Source: Azolla caroliniana (taxonomy: Eukaryota; Plantae; Polypodiophyta). From it: a stretch of DNA of 64,000 bases. This document shows positions 9,513 to 23,700 of this stretch, piece by piece. Both the position numbers and the translations under genes were made by a program. Below the pieces are notes generated by a model. It was not told the origin of the DNA. It was given only the letters and a program-made list of their open reading frames with translations, and did no database searches. The stretch spans positions 12,276,001-12,340,000 of the forward strand of contig JBHGNT010000006.1 in assembly GCA_043228905.1 (NCBI GenBank), given 5' to 3'. Within the stretch, counting starts at the first letter, position 1; each line of letters opens with the position of its first letter.

Positions 9513-12500
9513 TCACTTGTCCGTTGGTCCTCTTGAACCCTTACCGGCCTCGTTCTCCCCAGTTACCAACTCGCCTTCCCTACCGTCTTGGTGGTTGCCG
9601 TCCGTCCTTTGCTCAAACGGGTTCTTAGGCATCGGTCCTCTATATGCCTTTAACCGGAATCCGTTGACCCATTTGTCCAGCACTTCGCCGGCAAGTGTCC
9701 CCAACTGGTAGGACCCATTATACTCCCGTGTTAGCCAATATGGTCCGGTCCATCTAAACCTTAGTTTACCCGGCATCTTGCCCATCTGGGTTTGGAATAC
9801 TAATACCGGTTTGCCGATTACGAACATTTTTTCGTTACCTTTCCTGTGCCGGTCGACGAATGCTTTCCGTCGCCGTTGCTCCAATTCTAAATGTAGGATG
9901 CTGGCCAACCGTTGTTCCTCCAGCTCACACAGCGCTGTCAACCTTATTGTCTCCGACTCCTTCTCGTTCAGCCGTTCTCGTAGCTGGATCCGTAAGCTAG
10001 GTACTTGAAATTCTACCAACATGACCGCCTCGAGTCCGAATGCCAACCGGAACGGTGTTGTTCGGATGCTCGTTTTGTATGCCGTCCGGTATGCCCAAAG
10101 CGCACTATGTAGCTTTGTGTCCCAATCCGTCCGGTTCTCGTTGACGATCTTCCGAAGGATATTCTGGAGCGTCTTGTTTGTTGATTCCGCTAATCCGTTC
10201 GCCTGTGGATAGTAAGGTGTGCTTCGTTTGTGGACCACGGCATAGAAGGTCGTTAGGCTTTCTACTACTTGTCCGAGAAAGTGCCCCCCTTGGTCACTTA
10301 TCAATTCAATGGGGCATCCGTAACGGCACCAGATGTACTCATATAGAAACTTTGCAGTTGACGCAGCGGTGTTATCCCGTAAAGCTTTGGCCTCCACCCA
10401 TTTCGTGCAGTAATCCGTCGCAACGATAACGTACCGATTACCCGTTCTCATTGCCGGTGGCTTGAATGGTCCTACAAAGTCCAGCCCCCACTTTTGGAAT
10501 GGCTCGAGTGGTAGTACCGGCTGGTGTGGCATATGAGCCTGCTCCGTTGGCTGGCCCATTCTCTGGCATAGGTCACATTCTTTTGCGTACCGTACCGCAT
10601 CTCTTAATGTCATTGGCCACCATATGCCACTTTGCCATATTTTTCTGGCTGTCGCATCTCCGGCATAGTGACCTCCGGCAACTCCGCAGTGGGCTTCCCT
10701 CAGTATCAGTTCCTTTTCATCGCTGCGCACCGCCCGTCTCCATATGCCATCAGCGCCCTTGTGGTACAGTGTGTCTTGCAGTAAGCAGAAATGTCAGCTT
10801 TGTACCGCCAGGCGTTTCCGTTCGTCCCGGTTCAGCTCTTCCGGAGGCAGTCCTGTGCTCAGAAACTGGTGCATATTTGTGAGCCACTTGTCTTCCTGGG
10901 CCACTGCCTCATCTACTGCCGTCTCTGTAGTGACTCGAAACAGCTCCGCATCCAGAAACTCATCCGGTACTCCGTCACCCGTCTCTCCGGACTCCAATCG
11001 GCTTAAGTAATCCGCTACGGCATGCTGTATACCAGGTCGGTGGAATATTTCAAACTCGAACTCCTGTAACACTAAGGTCCACCGGGCCAATTTTCCGGTG
11101 AGTGACGCCTTGGACACTAGGTAAAGGAGTGCCGAATAATCTACATGGAAGGAAAACTTCCTTCCCAATACATAGTGCCGAAACTTTGTCACACTGTAGA
11201 TCATTCCTAGAGCTTCCCGTTCCGTGGTAGAGTAGTTCCGTTCTGCTTGGGATAGCTTCCGGCTGGCATAGTACACTGGTCGGTACCACTTTGGTTCCGT
11301 AAGCTTCATCAGTACACTTCCGATTGCGATGTCGGAGGCGTCCACGAACACGTGAAATTCTTTACTCCAATCCGGAGGTTGTACTACCGGTGCTTGCGAC
11401 AATAGTACCTTGAGGGCCTTATACGCCCTATCCTCAGTATCGGTCCACTGGAATGGTATCCGATGTACGGCGCCATGCAACGGTGTAGCCAGGTCGGCCA
11501 AGTATCGGAGCATCCGGCTGTGCCACCGGATCTTGCCTAAGAACCGGCTTAATGCCTTTGTCGTTGCCGGCGCCGGTGCTTCTAATATGTCTTTCACTTT
11601 GTCCGGGTCGATTGCAATACCTTCCTGGCTCACGATATGTCCTAATAAAGTTCCACTGGACACGCCAAACACACACTTTGCCGGATTCAAGCTTAGCCGG
11701 TACGCTCTACACTTTTCTAGACAAAGACGGAGGTGCTGAAAATGGTCCTCCTCCCGGCTATAGACGGCGAAATCGTCAAGGAAAACCTGCATAAAAGCCG
11801 GTATATATTCAACAAAGATTTCCATGATGATTCTTTGAAACGTTGCCGGTGCCGTTTTGAGTCCAAACATCATCACCACGGCCACAAACACCCCCCATTC
11901 GGTGACGAATGTCGTTTTCTCTTGGTCGTCGGGGTGCATCCGGATCTGATTATACCCGCTGAATCCGTCTAGGAAGCTATAGACCTCATGGCCGGCGACG
12001 GCATCCAACACTCCATCTGTGAACGGAAGTGGAAACGCATCCGTTACCGTAGCCGCATTGAGTTTCCGGTAGTCCACGCAAACTCGAATTTTTCCGTTCT
12101 TCTTCGGTACGACTACGATCGGGCTCAGCCATGTCGCTTTCTTTACCGGACGGATAAAGCCAACTCTTAGCAGTTTGTCGATTTCTTCCTTGACCTTGGC
12201 AGCATAATTGGGATTCATCCGATACCGTCTTTGTGCCACTGGTTTTGCGTCCTTGCTCAAGTGCACTTGATGCTAGTATAACTGAAGGTCGAGTCCTCGC
12301 ATATCTTCGTATGACCAGGCGAACACATCCCGGAATTCCGTGAGAAGTGTTATCATCGCCGTTTTGTCTTCGGACTTCATCTCCTTGGCGATGTGCACCG
12401 GTTTTGCTTCGTCTGTGGTGCCTAAATTCACCTCTTCCAGTTGCGATGCTTTTACGCGCTGTGAAACGGTCATTTCCCGTTCCAACGCTTCCTGCGCTTG

Positions 12501-13258
12501 TCGTAACTCCCGGATTGCGTCTTTATCCGGTTCTGCTTCCGCCTCTTCCGGTTGCGGTAAGTATGGTGCTACGGCTTCGGCAATGTCAATTTCGAAGAGG
12601 GGTATGATCTTCGGGTTTTCCTGCAGGTATTGAGCTTCTTCTTCGTCCGCTAACCCTTCTAGCATGTTGAGGCATTCCGCATACAACGGTGTACATTCCT
12701 TGCCAGTGCTCGTCCTTGGCTGTGTTGGTACCCGTACCTTGGCTTTTCCTCGCCGGAAGGTAATTATATTTTTTCGCCAATTCTGTTTGATATGTGCCGT
12801 TTTCAACCATGGCCGCCCCAGCAATAGCGGGTATGCGCCTTGTGCCTGTAATTGTAGCATTATGGCCGAGATGTGAAATGTATGACCGCCGACAGTGACT
12901 TCTAATTTCCGTATTAATCCTGTCGGCCGTACTGAGCTTGTATCGGCCATCCGCAACCAGAACGGACACGGCTCCCACTGGTGGATTCCTAGGTCATCAC
13001 ACGTCCGGAGGCTTATTACATTTACCCCAGAGCCTCCGTCTATGACTGTGCCGGGAAGTTCTTTCCCTTTTACAATGGCAGTGATTACTGGGCTGCTGGT
13101 GTCTATCACCGTTGGTCCCTCCTCCGGATTCGAGAAGAGTACCGGTGCCGGTGATGGTTCTCCTGCCGTCATGGCCGTCTTCAGTCCTTCCGTGAATCTT
13201 GGCACGAGTTGTAGGAGTCTTCCTAGTGGTAACGTAATCTGGCATTCTTGCAACACCT
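9513..13258 (-). pseudogene. Gypsy gag-end/protease, RT, RNase H and integrase (split by premature stops)
   Basis: VIDGGSGVN protease; LDGFSGYNQ and VFLDDF RT; DASD RNase H; HCGVAGGH...CDLC, ISDQG, YYPQANGLAE and GPY integrase motifs. Confidence 0.92.
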
Positions 13259-13678
13259 GGCCGGACAATGGCCTAACACAGGGTGTCTACGGGAGACACT
13301 TCACCAAAGGGTGTTACAGCAACCGGATTAGACTTCAACGCTTAATCCGACTTAATCAAGTTACTTATTAGGATCGTCTTCATAACACGCGTAAGATATA
13401 ACAATTAAGACAGAACGGCAATTAACACAGAGAGATAACAACGCTTAAGCTTTCATTAATTAACCGCTAACTATTACATTGTATCCGGGCCTTTAAATAG
13501 GTTTCCGGTCTGTATTACAAAACGGTGCCCTCTGCACCTGTTCGGGATCGGTCCGGATCCGGAATGGCATACCGTTTCCGGTCCGTCCGTCCACACTCAT
13601 AGCTTCATTACAACCACATTCCTACTACTTAATTAGCTCTCCGTTCCCCACTCTGGACTCCTTTCCCGGCCGGTAACA
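13259..13678 (-). repeat. 5' LTR of Gypsy, missing its last ~13 bp
   Basis: Matches 5884-6303 and is fused directly to gag/protease sequence. Confidence 0.9.
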
Positions 13679-13689
13679 GAATGCACATG

Positions 13690-14290
13690 AGGAAGGCTTA
13701 CACATGGACACACGAGGAAAAGTCTTACTTACACACACGAGAGACAGAGTTTCGAATGCCTTTGTGAAAAGAGAGGTGCATGGGCAAGCCCGAACGCTCC
13801 CTTGTTACAAGACACGCGAACACACAAGGAAAAGGCTTACTTACACACACGAGAGACAGAGTTTCGAATGCCTTTGTGAAAAGAGAGATGCATGGGCAAG
13901 CCTGAACGCTCCCTTGTTGCAAGACACGCAAACACACAAGCAAGGTTTACACACGGGAGACACAATTTCGAATGCCTTTGTGAAAGGAGAGGTGCATGGG
14001 CAAGCCTGAACGCTCCCTTGCCACAAGTTTCACAAACACACAAGCAAGATTTATAGTAACACGCAAGACACGAAAGTTTGAATGCCTTTTTTAAAGGAGA
14101 GGTGCATGGGCAAGCTCGAAACACTCCCTTGTCACAAGACACACAAACAGATAAGCACAAATGACAATAACATATAAGATACGTAAGTTTGAATGCCTTT
14201 GTGAAAGGAGAGGTGCATGGGCAAGCCCGAAACTCTCCCTTGTCACAAGACACACAAACAAATAAGCACAAATCACAATAACATATAAGA
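13690..14290. repeat. Tandem array of ~104-112 bp units inside host LTR (5 units, plus one at ~5760-5860)
   Basis: Core gaatgcctttgtgaaaggagaggtgcatgggcaagc at ~13754, 13866, 13970, 14080, 14191. Confidence 0.85.
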
Positions 14291-15029
14291 CACTAGGCGT
14301 AACCAAAATTTAGTTTATTATAATATAATAGATTCTTTTATAAAATAAGAATCAATTTTACAACGGGTTTGATATGATAATGAGAGATAATTTATATAGG
14401 AAGGGGGAAGAGAGGTGGAGGAAAGAAGAGAGTGGAATATAGAAGAAGGTGATTCTTTGTTGATGATGCCTCTCGATGTTGTTGATCCTTCTTCTTTTGC
14501 CTTCCAATTGAGTAGAGCTTCCGTGTTCCTTGTCCCTCCCCCCATCTTCACTAGAATAGGCTCTTATTTATAGGTTTAGGATTGCTTGTCTTTTTCCTCT
14601 AAAAATAAGCTTGTCTATATGTGTCGACTTTTCTTTTCCTCACTATTTCTGTTTTCTACCGCCAAATTTCACTTGGAAGATATTATTGGAAGCTCTTTGG
14701 GTTAGCTTTCTCATGCATCTTTTCTTTTCTAATTTGGACATCGGACGAGGAAATTATGAGCCTTTTTCTCTACTGTGCTCCTCATATCCACGCGTGCTTC
14801 TTCTTTTTTACTCTCCATCTTTTTCTCTACTTTTTTAAAACCGCTTCTAACTTAATATTTATCATTATTTATTGTAAGGTTCAATCCTTTGACCGTTTAT
14901 TTATAATGAATTATCTTTGGCAAAATGAAAAAGTATTTTTGCTACCAATAAAGTTGACTTCACAATACTAGTTTATTTAAACTACTATTTTGCTTCTTTT
15001 CGAGGGTGATTTCACACTGTGTTAGAAAC

Positions 15030-15320
15030 ATCACGACAACGGAAATGTATCCATTATTGGATATACAAACTCTAACTATGTTGGCTATGCTAACAACAGA
15101 AAGTCTACTTCGGGGTATAATTTTCAGTTTATGGGAGGTGTCATATCTTGGAGATCTCGTCTCCAAGAGTGTACTACTCTGTCCACTACAGAAGTAGAGT
15201 ATGTTGCGGTTAGTGAAGCATGTAAGGAAGTTGAATGGCTCTCCAGATGAGGTTGTGACATGGGCATACCTCCACTTGTACCCATACTGTTTTGTGATAG
15301 TCAGAGTGCCATTGCATTGG
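15030..15320 (+). mobile_element. Decayed Copia RNase H fragment
   Basis: RKSTSGY...GGVISWRSRLQ...LSTTEVEY; later FCDSQSAI. Confidence 0.75.
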
Positions 15321-15329
15321 TGTCTTTGT

Positions 15330-16512
15330 CCTTCCGACAAGCTGCTTCATTTAACAAGCTCGACTTCACCTTCTCTAGGGATAGATTATTCCCTTCCGTT
15401 CTGGTGTTGCCTAATGTGACAACCAGCGTCTCCGAGCTATCCGGAAGGGATCCCAACAACAATAGTGCTAATACCTCATCAGCAAGATGTACTTCTAGAG
15501 AGGTGTTCTGATTTATCAGTCCCTAGAAGGCATTCAAGTGTTCTGCCATGTTGGAGCCATCCTTATACCTGAGTCTCACGATCTTTTTGAAAATCGAGAC
15601 TCTATTCATGACGTTCTTGTTTTCAAACATCACGCTAATCTTCTTCCAAAGGACGTCGGCACTCATCTCTTCATCAAAGTTGTTATATAGACTCATATCT
15701 ATAAAACACCTTATCTATGTTGCCGCCTTCATATGCATGACTTCCCAAGTCGATGCATCGATCTTGTCTAGCTTCGTCTTGCCGTATTGCACCGGCAGCC
15801 ACAGGTCTTTACACACGAGCATATCCCACATTTTCAACTTCCATACTGAATAGTTGGAGCCGATCAACTTGAACATTCCACCAAAATGTTCTTCCATCGC
15901 CCTGATACCAGTTTGCCAAGAATCGACCGATCATAGCCTATTTCACGTATACGTATATGGGGTACAACCATCACAATCGACAAAAAAGCAAAAGGTACAC
16001 AAACACGTATTTTTAACGTGGAAACCCCGAATGGAAAAACCACATGCAGTCCACAAAGTTCACAACGAATCGCTATGTCGAACGGAAGTACAATAAGAAA
16101 CTCTAAGGCAACGACCTCGAGATCTTCTTCATCTGACAGGTAGATGGTTACAAAGTAGACATTCACTAACTCTCACTCACTCTCTCTCACACACAGTTAC
16201 AGAGGCAACAACCTCGTCAATAACTATATAACTATGTTCAACTACTCTAATGATTCACCACTTCCATAAAGTTTGCTCTAGTTGCATTTATACTAATACA
16301 ACTTTCTAGGCTATTTACAAATATGGCCCACTAAGGTTATATTTACACTATTTACAAATATAGTCTCCTAAATCGGCTTCGACCGATTCAGCTAATAACC
16401 GAGTCGATTTTCAATCTATTGTCAATTTGTCAAAAAATTTCGGAAATCGATTTTTGACCGAGGCCAATTCGGCTCGTGCTCTTCCCATTCTGAGGGATCT
16501 GTTTTCCCAACA
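15330..16512 (-). mobile_element. Copia 5' fragment: LTR 15914-16512, Met PBS, gag start
   Basis: PBS tggtatcagg (15901-15910); gag MEEHFGGMFKLIGSNYSVWK, similar to the gag of 41323-51240. Confidence 0.8.
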
Positions 16513-17400
16513 AGTACTACATCATCCACATATAACAAAAGAATAATTGCACTCCCAATGACAACTTCTTCAATGCCTTTCTTCCTTTACAAACTTGGTG
16601 ATTATTTGTTCTAATTCTTCAATGCACGAACCAAATAGAGTCGGTGAAAGTGGACATGCCCACTTAACACCAATAGTGCTATTTTAAAAAATCATTAAAG
16701 ATTATGGTGCATCAAGTTGCAAACTTCTTGTATGGGCATTCATTTCACCCACATAAACATGCAATATCATCTTCTAGATTAACAATGATCTTTATCCAAA
16801 TAAACATCAAAGTTAGAATCTTGATAAGGAACGTCGCATCCAACTACAGAAGTGGGCATTTCATTTGGTATTTCTATTTCAAGCCATATATAGCATTTAT
16901 GTTTATCATTCTTAATGATTGACACATATTTCTCTCTTTCCCTCTCAATCAAACACACCACCTTTTTAGTTCTCACCATTGCTTGAACTTTTTGTCCATA
17001 TTAAAGAGTTTACATTGTGATTTCCTAAACCTTGATTTGAGTATCGTGCTCACATGTTTAAACAAGAAGTATAATATTTGAGTCATTAATCAAATCCTCT
17101 ATGCCAAATTGCTCTTTCCATCGATATGCATCGCAATTCCAAAAGCATAGTCATAGAAGGCGTGAATTAGTCCTATAAATCATGGCTCTATTTGTCTATT
17201 TTTTTTGTCTTTAATTACATCCTTACCTTTATTTTTCAATCTTCCTTCATATGTTTTATGGCAAGCATTTTATTGTAAGATAATAACTCACAAAGCATTA
17301 TGCACTTTTGATGTACACCTACCTATTTTCAAGTATGATTCTTCTCTTTGAATTATCCACCATTATGCATACCAAAGATTCATAGATAACCTTTCTAAAA
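16513..17400 (-). mobile_element. Decayed, internally deleted copy of the LINE at 1-3868
   Basis: Aligns by eye to 965-1150 (RT) and 2700-3340 (EN/ORF1 end). Confidence 0.8.
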
Positions 17401-17666
17401 GATACACATGTTTCCATACTCTCCTTGACATTGTATTAAGGAAACCATTGAATAAAAAAGAAATCAATCAGTTCAACCCAAACATATTAAGCCTTAACCG
17501 ATTTAGCATTCATCCCAGTTCGATCCAATTCAATTAAACCAGTGAGGCTTGATTAGTTTGGGATGGACAAAGCTAAACCGGCCAAAACAAAACCGCTGCC
17601 AATTCCTACCACTAACTACCATGCTAATCATAGTTAGCTACCAAGTAATATCGTCATGCATATCAC

Positions 17667-17783
17667 TCAAACACGTGTACAATGGATTCTATGCATATTC
17701 GTTAATACTGTCATTTGAGAAAACAACAAACAGAGGAATGGAATGACAAAAATTGACATGAGGGAATTACCTACGCATATTTT
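17667..17783 (-). CDS. TMC: Possible terminal TMC exon(s)
   Basis: TAG|AAA ATA TGC... to TGA at 17667; may contain a 63-nt in-frame intron. Confidence 0.35.
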   Translation of the reverse strand, partial: KICVGNSLMSIFVIPFLCLLFSQMTVLTNMHRIHCTRV

Positions 17784-20700
17784 CTACTTCACATTGTGCC
17801 AATGTAGCATATAAAACAAAAGTTACGGTAAAACTTCAAATGACATTTGAAGGTTTAATATTGGATTAAGTCTTTTCTTTTTCAAAACAAATATTGGTAG
17901 ATGGAGCAAGACATGCAGATTTCTATAAAATAGGCTTAACTTATAGGAATTACATCTTTACACTCTAAATCTTCCTCCTTCTGTCGCAGTTCAAGATATT
18001 CATAGGATTGAGAAAGTTTTCCCTTCAACAAAATAATGATAAATACGAGTAAAATGATTACAACACCCAATATTACAGGACTTCCAATCCATTCCAATAT
18101 GATTCCTAATGGATTCCCAGCTTGCTGAAAGAGAGACAGAAAGAGAGCAAGTAATTTAGAACATCACTATTCATTATGAAAGTAAACTAATATAGCAAGT
18201 ATGATACAATCTGCATTAAAAGAAAACATATATAGCAGCAATTTGAGGATAACCTACCCCAATGTAATTTGATACGACATCATACATCGTAAAATTGGAT
18301 GCAATGGGTCCACAAATGCCACTACTGGGGCTGGTGACAAAAGCTGCTTCCGGGATAATAGATAATATCAATGCTACAAGCAGAACGCCGTAAGTCAAGA
18401 CTGATGTTCGCGATGCACTGTATAGCTTCTGCATTGATGTACAAGTTTTCAACGTTACCTGTCAGATTAATGGTGCAGATTTAATGAGAAGTCTTTATGG
18501 AACAAGGTAGATAATATATCTTGACAATATTTATTTATTTTACGAACAAAAGTCAGGTTATAATAACCATACAAATAACAGAAATTTATGAGAAAACATT
18601 GTAAATATTTCTCTCATCTTTGTAGAAACTCAGTTTCATTCCGTTTACACATTGCCAGACATCAAGATTAAATATTTGGCCAAAACTCTAGTGAGCAAGG
18701 ACATCTTTTATCAAAATAATTCTCCCTATATTGGTATCTGACGTAATTTTTTCAGGTAATATTACAGAACAAATCTTGAACATGCACTTTTTACCCAGAT
18801 CTGTGTGAATCACGAAACAGTGCCATGATTATTGAAAGCCTGCTATATTCTGCACCATGAAACTTACAAAGAGAACTCCAAATTTTGTGAAGTGACACGG
18901 AGTACCAAAAGGAAAGTCACAAGAGAAAACTCTTTGCAAGCAAGACACATACAAGATGTAAGGAATGTCTGAAAGGTACAGAGTGGAGGAATATGAATGA
19001 GCGAGTTCATGAAGCGAAGGACTTGGACACAACTAAATAATTAAAACACAGTTTTGGATACACTGATTGTAAGCTTGGGTCCTAAACAGTTTCATAAAGC
19101 CAAATGCTTGGCTACATGTAAGGACACTCGTCACACACAAGCAATCAAAATGGTGGAATAAGTGTATGGGTGGGAAGAGAGAAATAGTTTATTGAAGTCA
19201 TGACTGCTGCCAAAGAATGTGCAAAGGAAACTTCTGCTATATTTGACCAAGAGTTGGTTGGAATTTGAAAACATGCACACAAAAACTTCTACAAATGAAG
19301 ATTTTCAAGGCTATAAGATCTACAACATTGTTTTGAATTAATTAAAACTAAATATTTAAAGACCTTACCTTTTTTGAGTAAAAAGTTAGCAAATGGCATA
19401 GTACTCCAACTGTTGCAGTCATCGGACTAAAATGTGATCCCGTCCACACAAGAACTTGTAAATACACAGTGTCGATTGCAAAATCAGGAATAGACAACTG
19501 TTGCTCTATCTAATCAGCCAAATATGTAAAAAATACACATCAAGATCATAGATAAATGTTCACATCTGCTAATATTGCACAAAAATGACTGAAATTTACA
19601 TGCAGGAGTACTCCAAAAAGGATGCCACAGCCAATATCAAGGATACTGCCAATAAAAGTGTTCATAATGATCAGTTTCAAAATTTGAGTCCCTACTTCAT
19701 TCTCCATGCATTTAGATGCACAAAATCCAACCTGAAAAGTAGTGGAAATTCATGCAAGTAGGGTAAATAACAAAACATAATTGAATGTCATATTGTTTAA
19801 AAACTCGAAAAAACAGATTACAATATTTACCAGTTGTGTTGAGCATGTACCCCACTCCCCATCACTTGGTGAAGTGCAACATAAGAATCCATCAAGTGGA
19901 CACTGCGAAGTATCTGTACAAGTATATGAACTTCCATTGTGTGTTGATAAATATCCAGTTTGGAGTATCAAATATAACCTGAAATGAAAGTTTTCTGCAA
20001 TATTAACATGGTCAACAGTCCATTATAAAATATACAGGCCCATAAACTGAAAACAAAATATCAATAGAAAGCATTCAGTTCAGTCACTACTGAAGTGAAA
20101 CATAAAATGGCAGCTCACCCTGGAACTGTTTCTATGTAATATGGGTGAGATGTCTGACTACATTTTCAGAGGGGATATAGGAGTTCCTTTGGCAGGTAAT
20201 TGGATACCTATTCTGTTATATATTGATGCTATTGTCATTACAGCAGACCTTCCAGATTGTTTAAAAAGACACCTTGATATTCTACATAGTTGGATAGTGG
20301 ACTCTCAGTGAACCTTGGGAAACCATGATCGTGATGTTTAATACTTCATCTCAGTGGGCAAGAAAGGATGCATTATCATGATTCATACCCCTACCTTTGT
20401 GTAGCGTCCATGGGAACTATCTTCTATATTTGATAGGCTCAAATTACTAGGGAATGTGAAGCATTAGGAGGACTAGAGAGGAGATGCGCAACATCTCAGC
20501 TACAAAGAGCCATGTGCTAAGTTGTAGCTTTTTGATATTCATGTTATCTCTACAGTTCCTCATGGAATACAGATTTGGGGCCTATTTTAGATCATCATTG
20601 CAGGTGTGGAGGCACTTCTGTTGGGGATAAAGGCCCCAAAAACTCCTTTTTCATATACTTTGACTCTTCCATGTGAAGCCATATTTTCACTATATTTTTG

Positions 20701-23700
20701 GCCCCAAATTTAGGAGTTATAGGCATTTACATTATCTTTACCTAAAAGCCACTTATCAATAAGAATTGGTCCCAAATCTCTCATAATGAGATAGGGACCT
20801 TCAGAGGCTAGGGTTTTCTCTCAATCTTCCTGCACAGTTTTCACTACTTTCTTTCTCCTCACACAGCAGCCTATTCTCTTGGTTTTTTGGAGCAACTGAC
20901 CACACCATCACAGTTTCAACCTCTAATGGTTGGACAGAGAGACCTGTCATGATCTCTAGAACACTTCCAGCTAGAACATTCACATTCTACAAGATTATCT
21001 GCACTAAGATGCCTGCACAACCGATCGCCATAGGTAATGTAGTCAAGCCAGTGTCCTTTTTCATACTACATGGCAGCTCCCTCAACATAGACATGCCAGG
21101 TTAGATCTGGAGTCCTCTAAACAAGTATGGGGTTGATACTTCACATTGGTAAGTCCAAATTGAATAGTGGTTCCAGTTCACATCTCACATAAAGTACACC
21201 CAGAGATTAGCAAAGTTACCAGGAAGATCTCATGGAGCTAGAGACTATAAGCACATAGGTAAAGCCTACATAGGAGTTAGAGAGGAAGATGAACTTATAT
21301 TGAGATCATCTTCTCCACAACACTGAGGATGAATTTATATTACACTCTGGATATATGGATATAATCTATTTGTGATGTTTGACAAACAGACACCTCATCA
21401 CATCAGCAAGGAAAAGAAAAAGGTACAATACACATGCATTAAGGTGTACAATTCACTTCCCTTTTCATGCATGCAAAATTATCTGAGATGGGATTAATAA
21501 TGAGAATCTGCCTTGAATAATAATACCTATATAGAAATGTGGAAAGATTCAATGCTCGCAAGAAGAAAAGCTTCATGATAACCACTCGTTCTGCAACTGC
21601 AGGTTTCCAATCCTCCCACGTGACAAGCAAGCGAACCAAGAATGGTCCAATAACACTCACTAGAATAGTCATCAATGTAGCTTGAGCATAGCCTGTCTCT
21701 GCAGATAAAACAAGGCCATTTAAGAATCTATTCAAACAAATCATAATTTTACACTAAGGTTCTTGCGAAGGTACATAATTGAGAATTACGTTTGGCATTA
21801 GACACCATAAAAATAATGGGTAATTGAAAGAATCATTATGATATTATGACCTTACAAATGAAGAAATAAATACATACTAAGTTTTGCATTTATAATATCT
21901 GATTTTGAAACAAGATAGTAAACAGCTGTGATTGTTCCAGCCATAACCATTGGCCACAATATACCCAAAACTGCATATCTCTGCCAAAGCAAGGACAATC
22001 AATTTAAACCGGTAAGTTACAACAATATTTTTGCTTGAAAGAAAGATGTATATATATATATATATATATATTAATTTCTTTTAAGAAGCCAAAATGGTCT
22101 CTGAGACCGAACAAGAGATAAATTCTTAGAATGTGCTCTCATCTTTAAGGATAAACCAAAATAAATATTCTAGATTAGTGAAACGGTACTGAATATTCTC
22201 ATTAGCTAAGTCTTCACATTCTAAGCTTAGATGGCCTAAAAGTCCTGCTTTAGAAAGGTCTCCAGCATTTTTTGGAGTTAGGGAAGCACTTTGGTGAGGT
22301 CTCCATAGTGAGGGACATACTTCTGTGTTGGATGATAATGACCTTCATTTGTTGATGACAAGATTGATGGTGTAATTGATATGGACATGTTCTATCACAA
22401 CAATTTGTTATTGCCCAACCTATGAAACCCCTTTAAAATGCTATGGTCAAGACCCTACATGGGAAACGCAAGATTGACTTGTTGAGTGAGCAATAAATGA
22501 GGTTTAGAAACAAAGAAAGAACGAAATAGAAAGAAGAAAGAAAGAAAGATATATCAATGTCTTTTAAGAGGCCAAAATGGCCTATAAGGCCAAACAAGAG
22601 ATTACACCTTAAGTGTTGTCTCATCTTTGAGAACAACAAATCAAAATAAAATAAATATTATTCCATAAATATAAAAGTAAATAAGATAAAAAGAGACGAG
22701 GGAAACTGGTTTTCGGCATATGTGAGATGCTCAAGTTAGATGTATTGTAACTTTTGTCTTCAAAAGATCTCTAGCATAGGTCAATCCAGAATGGACAAGT
22801 CTCCGAAACGAGGGAAGCATCTATGATGGCGGGAGATAATGGCTTTTATCTGTCGATGACAACGGTGTTGAGGTCGTGGTCCATGGGGCCAGGGCCTAGG
22901 TGCATGACAAATTGCTATTGCCCGATCAATTGTAACCCCTTAGTTATGTCCTGGTCGGGAGCCCATTTGTGTATACCTTGATTGACTTGTAGCATTAGTA
23001 GGAGTGATGGGGGTAAAGAAAGTTGTGATTGTTCTTTGTGGATGAGCTCGTGTGGCTGTATTCTTCAACAACTTTTCCCGATGTCTCTTGAGCTCTAGCA
23101 AGAAAAGTCCTAGGCACCGATGGTCCTCATATTCCATTACCTTGCGTAGCGAGCCAAAGCCTTGTTTAAAGAAGCAATGGTATCTCCCTCTAATTTCATA
23201 AAAGACACTACAGTGACAAACAATTGATGACACAATTGGCAAATTCCTTCTTCTAGAGGTATTCCTGTATATCTGCCTACCTCAATCTGTAACTGATGTG
23301 ATGAAGTTCGCAACTGCCCTATCACATTGCGCAGCGCATAGGATAGATGTATGCCCATATAAGGTGGCCTGATGATGAATTCATCCTCCAATGTGTCTAA
23401 GAAGTGTGTCTTATAGTGGGCCATCTTCGTACCAAGTGATATTTTGGGGCTGATCCATGGTATCTTGTTTTCCAAGTTTAAAATATCAGTTCGGATCACT
23501 CTATTCTTTTCCACTTTGATCATATTTAGATGGGGGTAGTCCAAGCTATATTGGAACGGTGGTAGTGCATCTATACTCAAGCCATGTAACTCAAACCACT
23601 GTTGCATTTCCCCATGTGACTCGAACCACTCCTAAACCCCCGAATCCCTCTATGTAATGTGATACCTCATCTATATAGAGACCGACAAGGGTGGGTGATA

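Larger units (their letters stand above)
5871..13678 (-). mobile_element. Ty3/Gypsy (Athila-like non-chromovirus) with extra 3' ORF; PBS/gag N-terminus deleted
   Basis: LTRs 5871-6303 and 13259-13678 (~9 differences by eye), TSD GAATG on both sides, PR-RT-RH-INT order, no chromodomain seen. Confidence 0.93.
4260..15016 (-). mobile_element. Decayed Gypsy 5' part: gag remnant, tRNA-Trp PBS and long 5' LTR; host of two insertions
   Basis: gag 4260-5600 (MTRHT|LMKWIEKK rejoins in frame across the solo LTR); PBS 5649-5666; LTR from 5670 to about 15016 with TATA ctataaataag (minus strand) near 14570. Right boundary approximate. Confidence 0.6.

Noticed and set aside
13690-14290. CRISPR-like repeat/spacer appearance
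   Set aside because: Intervening segments are homologous to each other, the context is a eukaryotic LTR, and no cas genes are present.
17460-17615. MITE-like aaaccg repeats downstream of TMC
   Set aside because: No convincing TIR pair or TSD visible.
20570-20820. Clustered ttggggcc/ggccccaa motifs, possibly DNA-transposon subterminal repeats
   Set aside because: Too degenerate; no termini identifiable.
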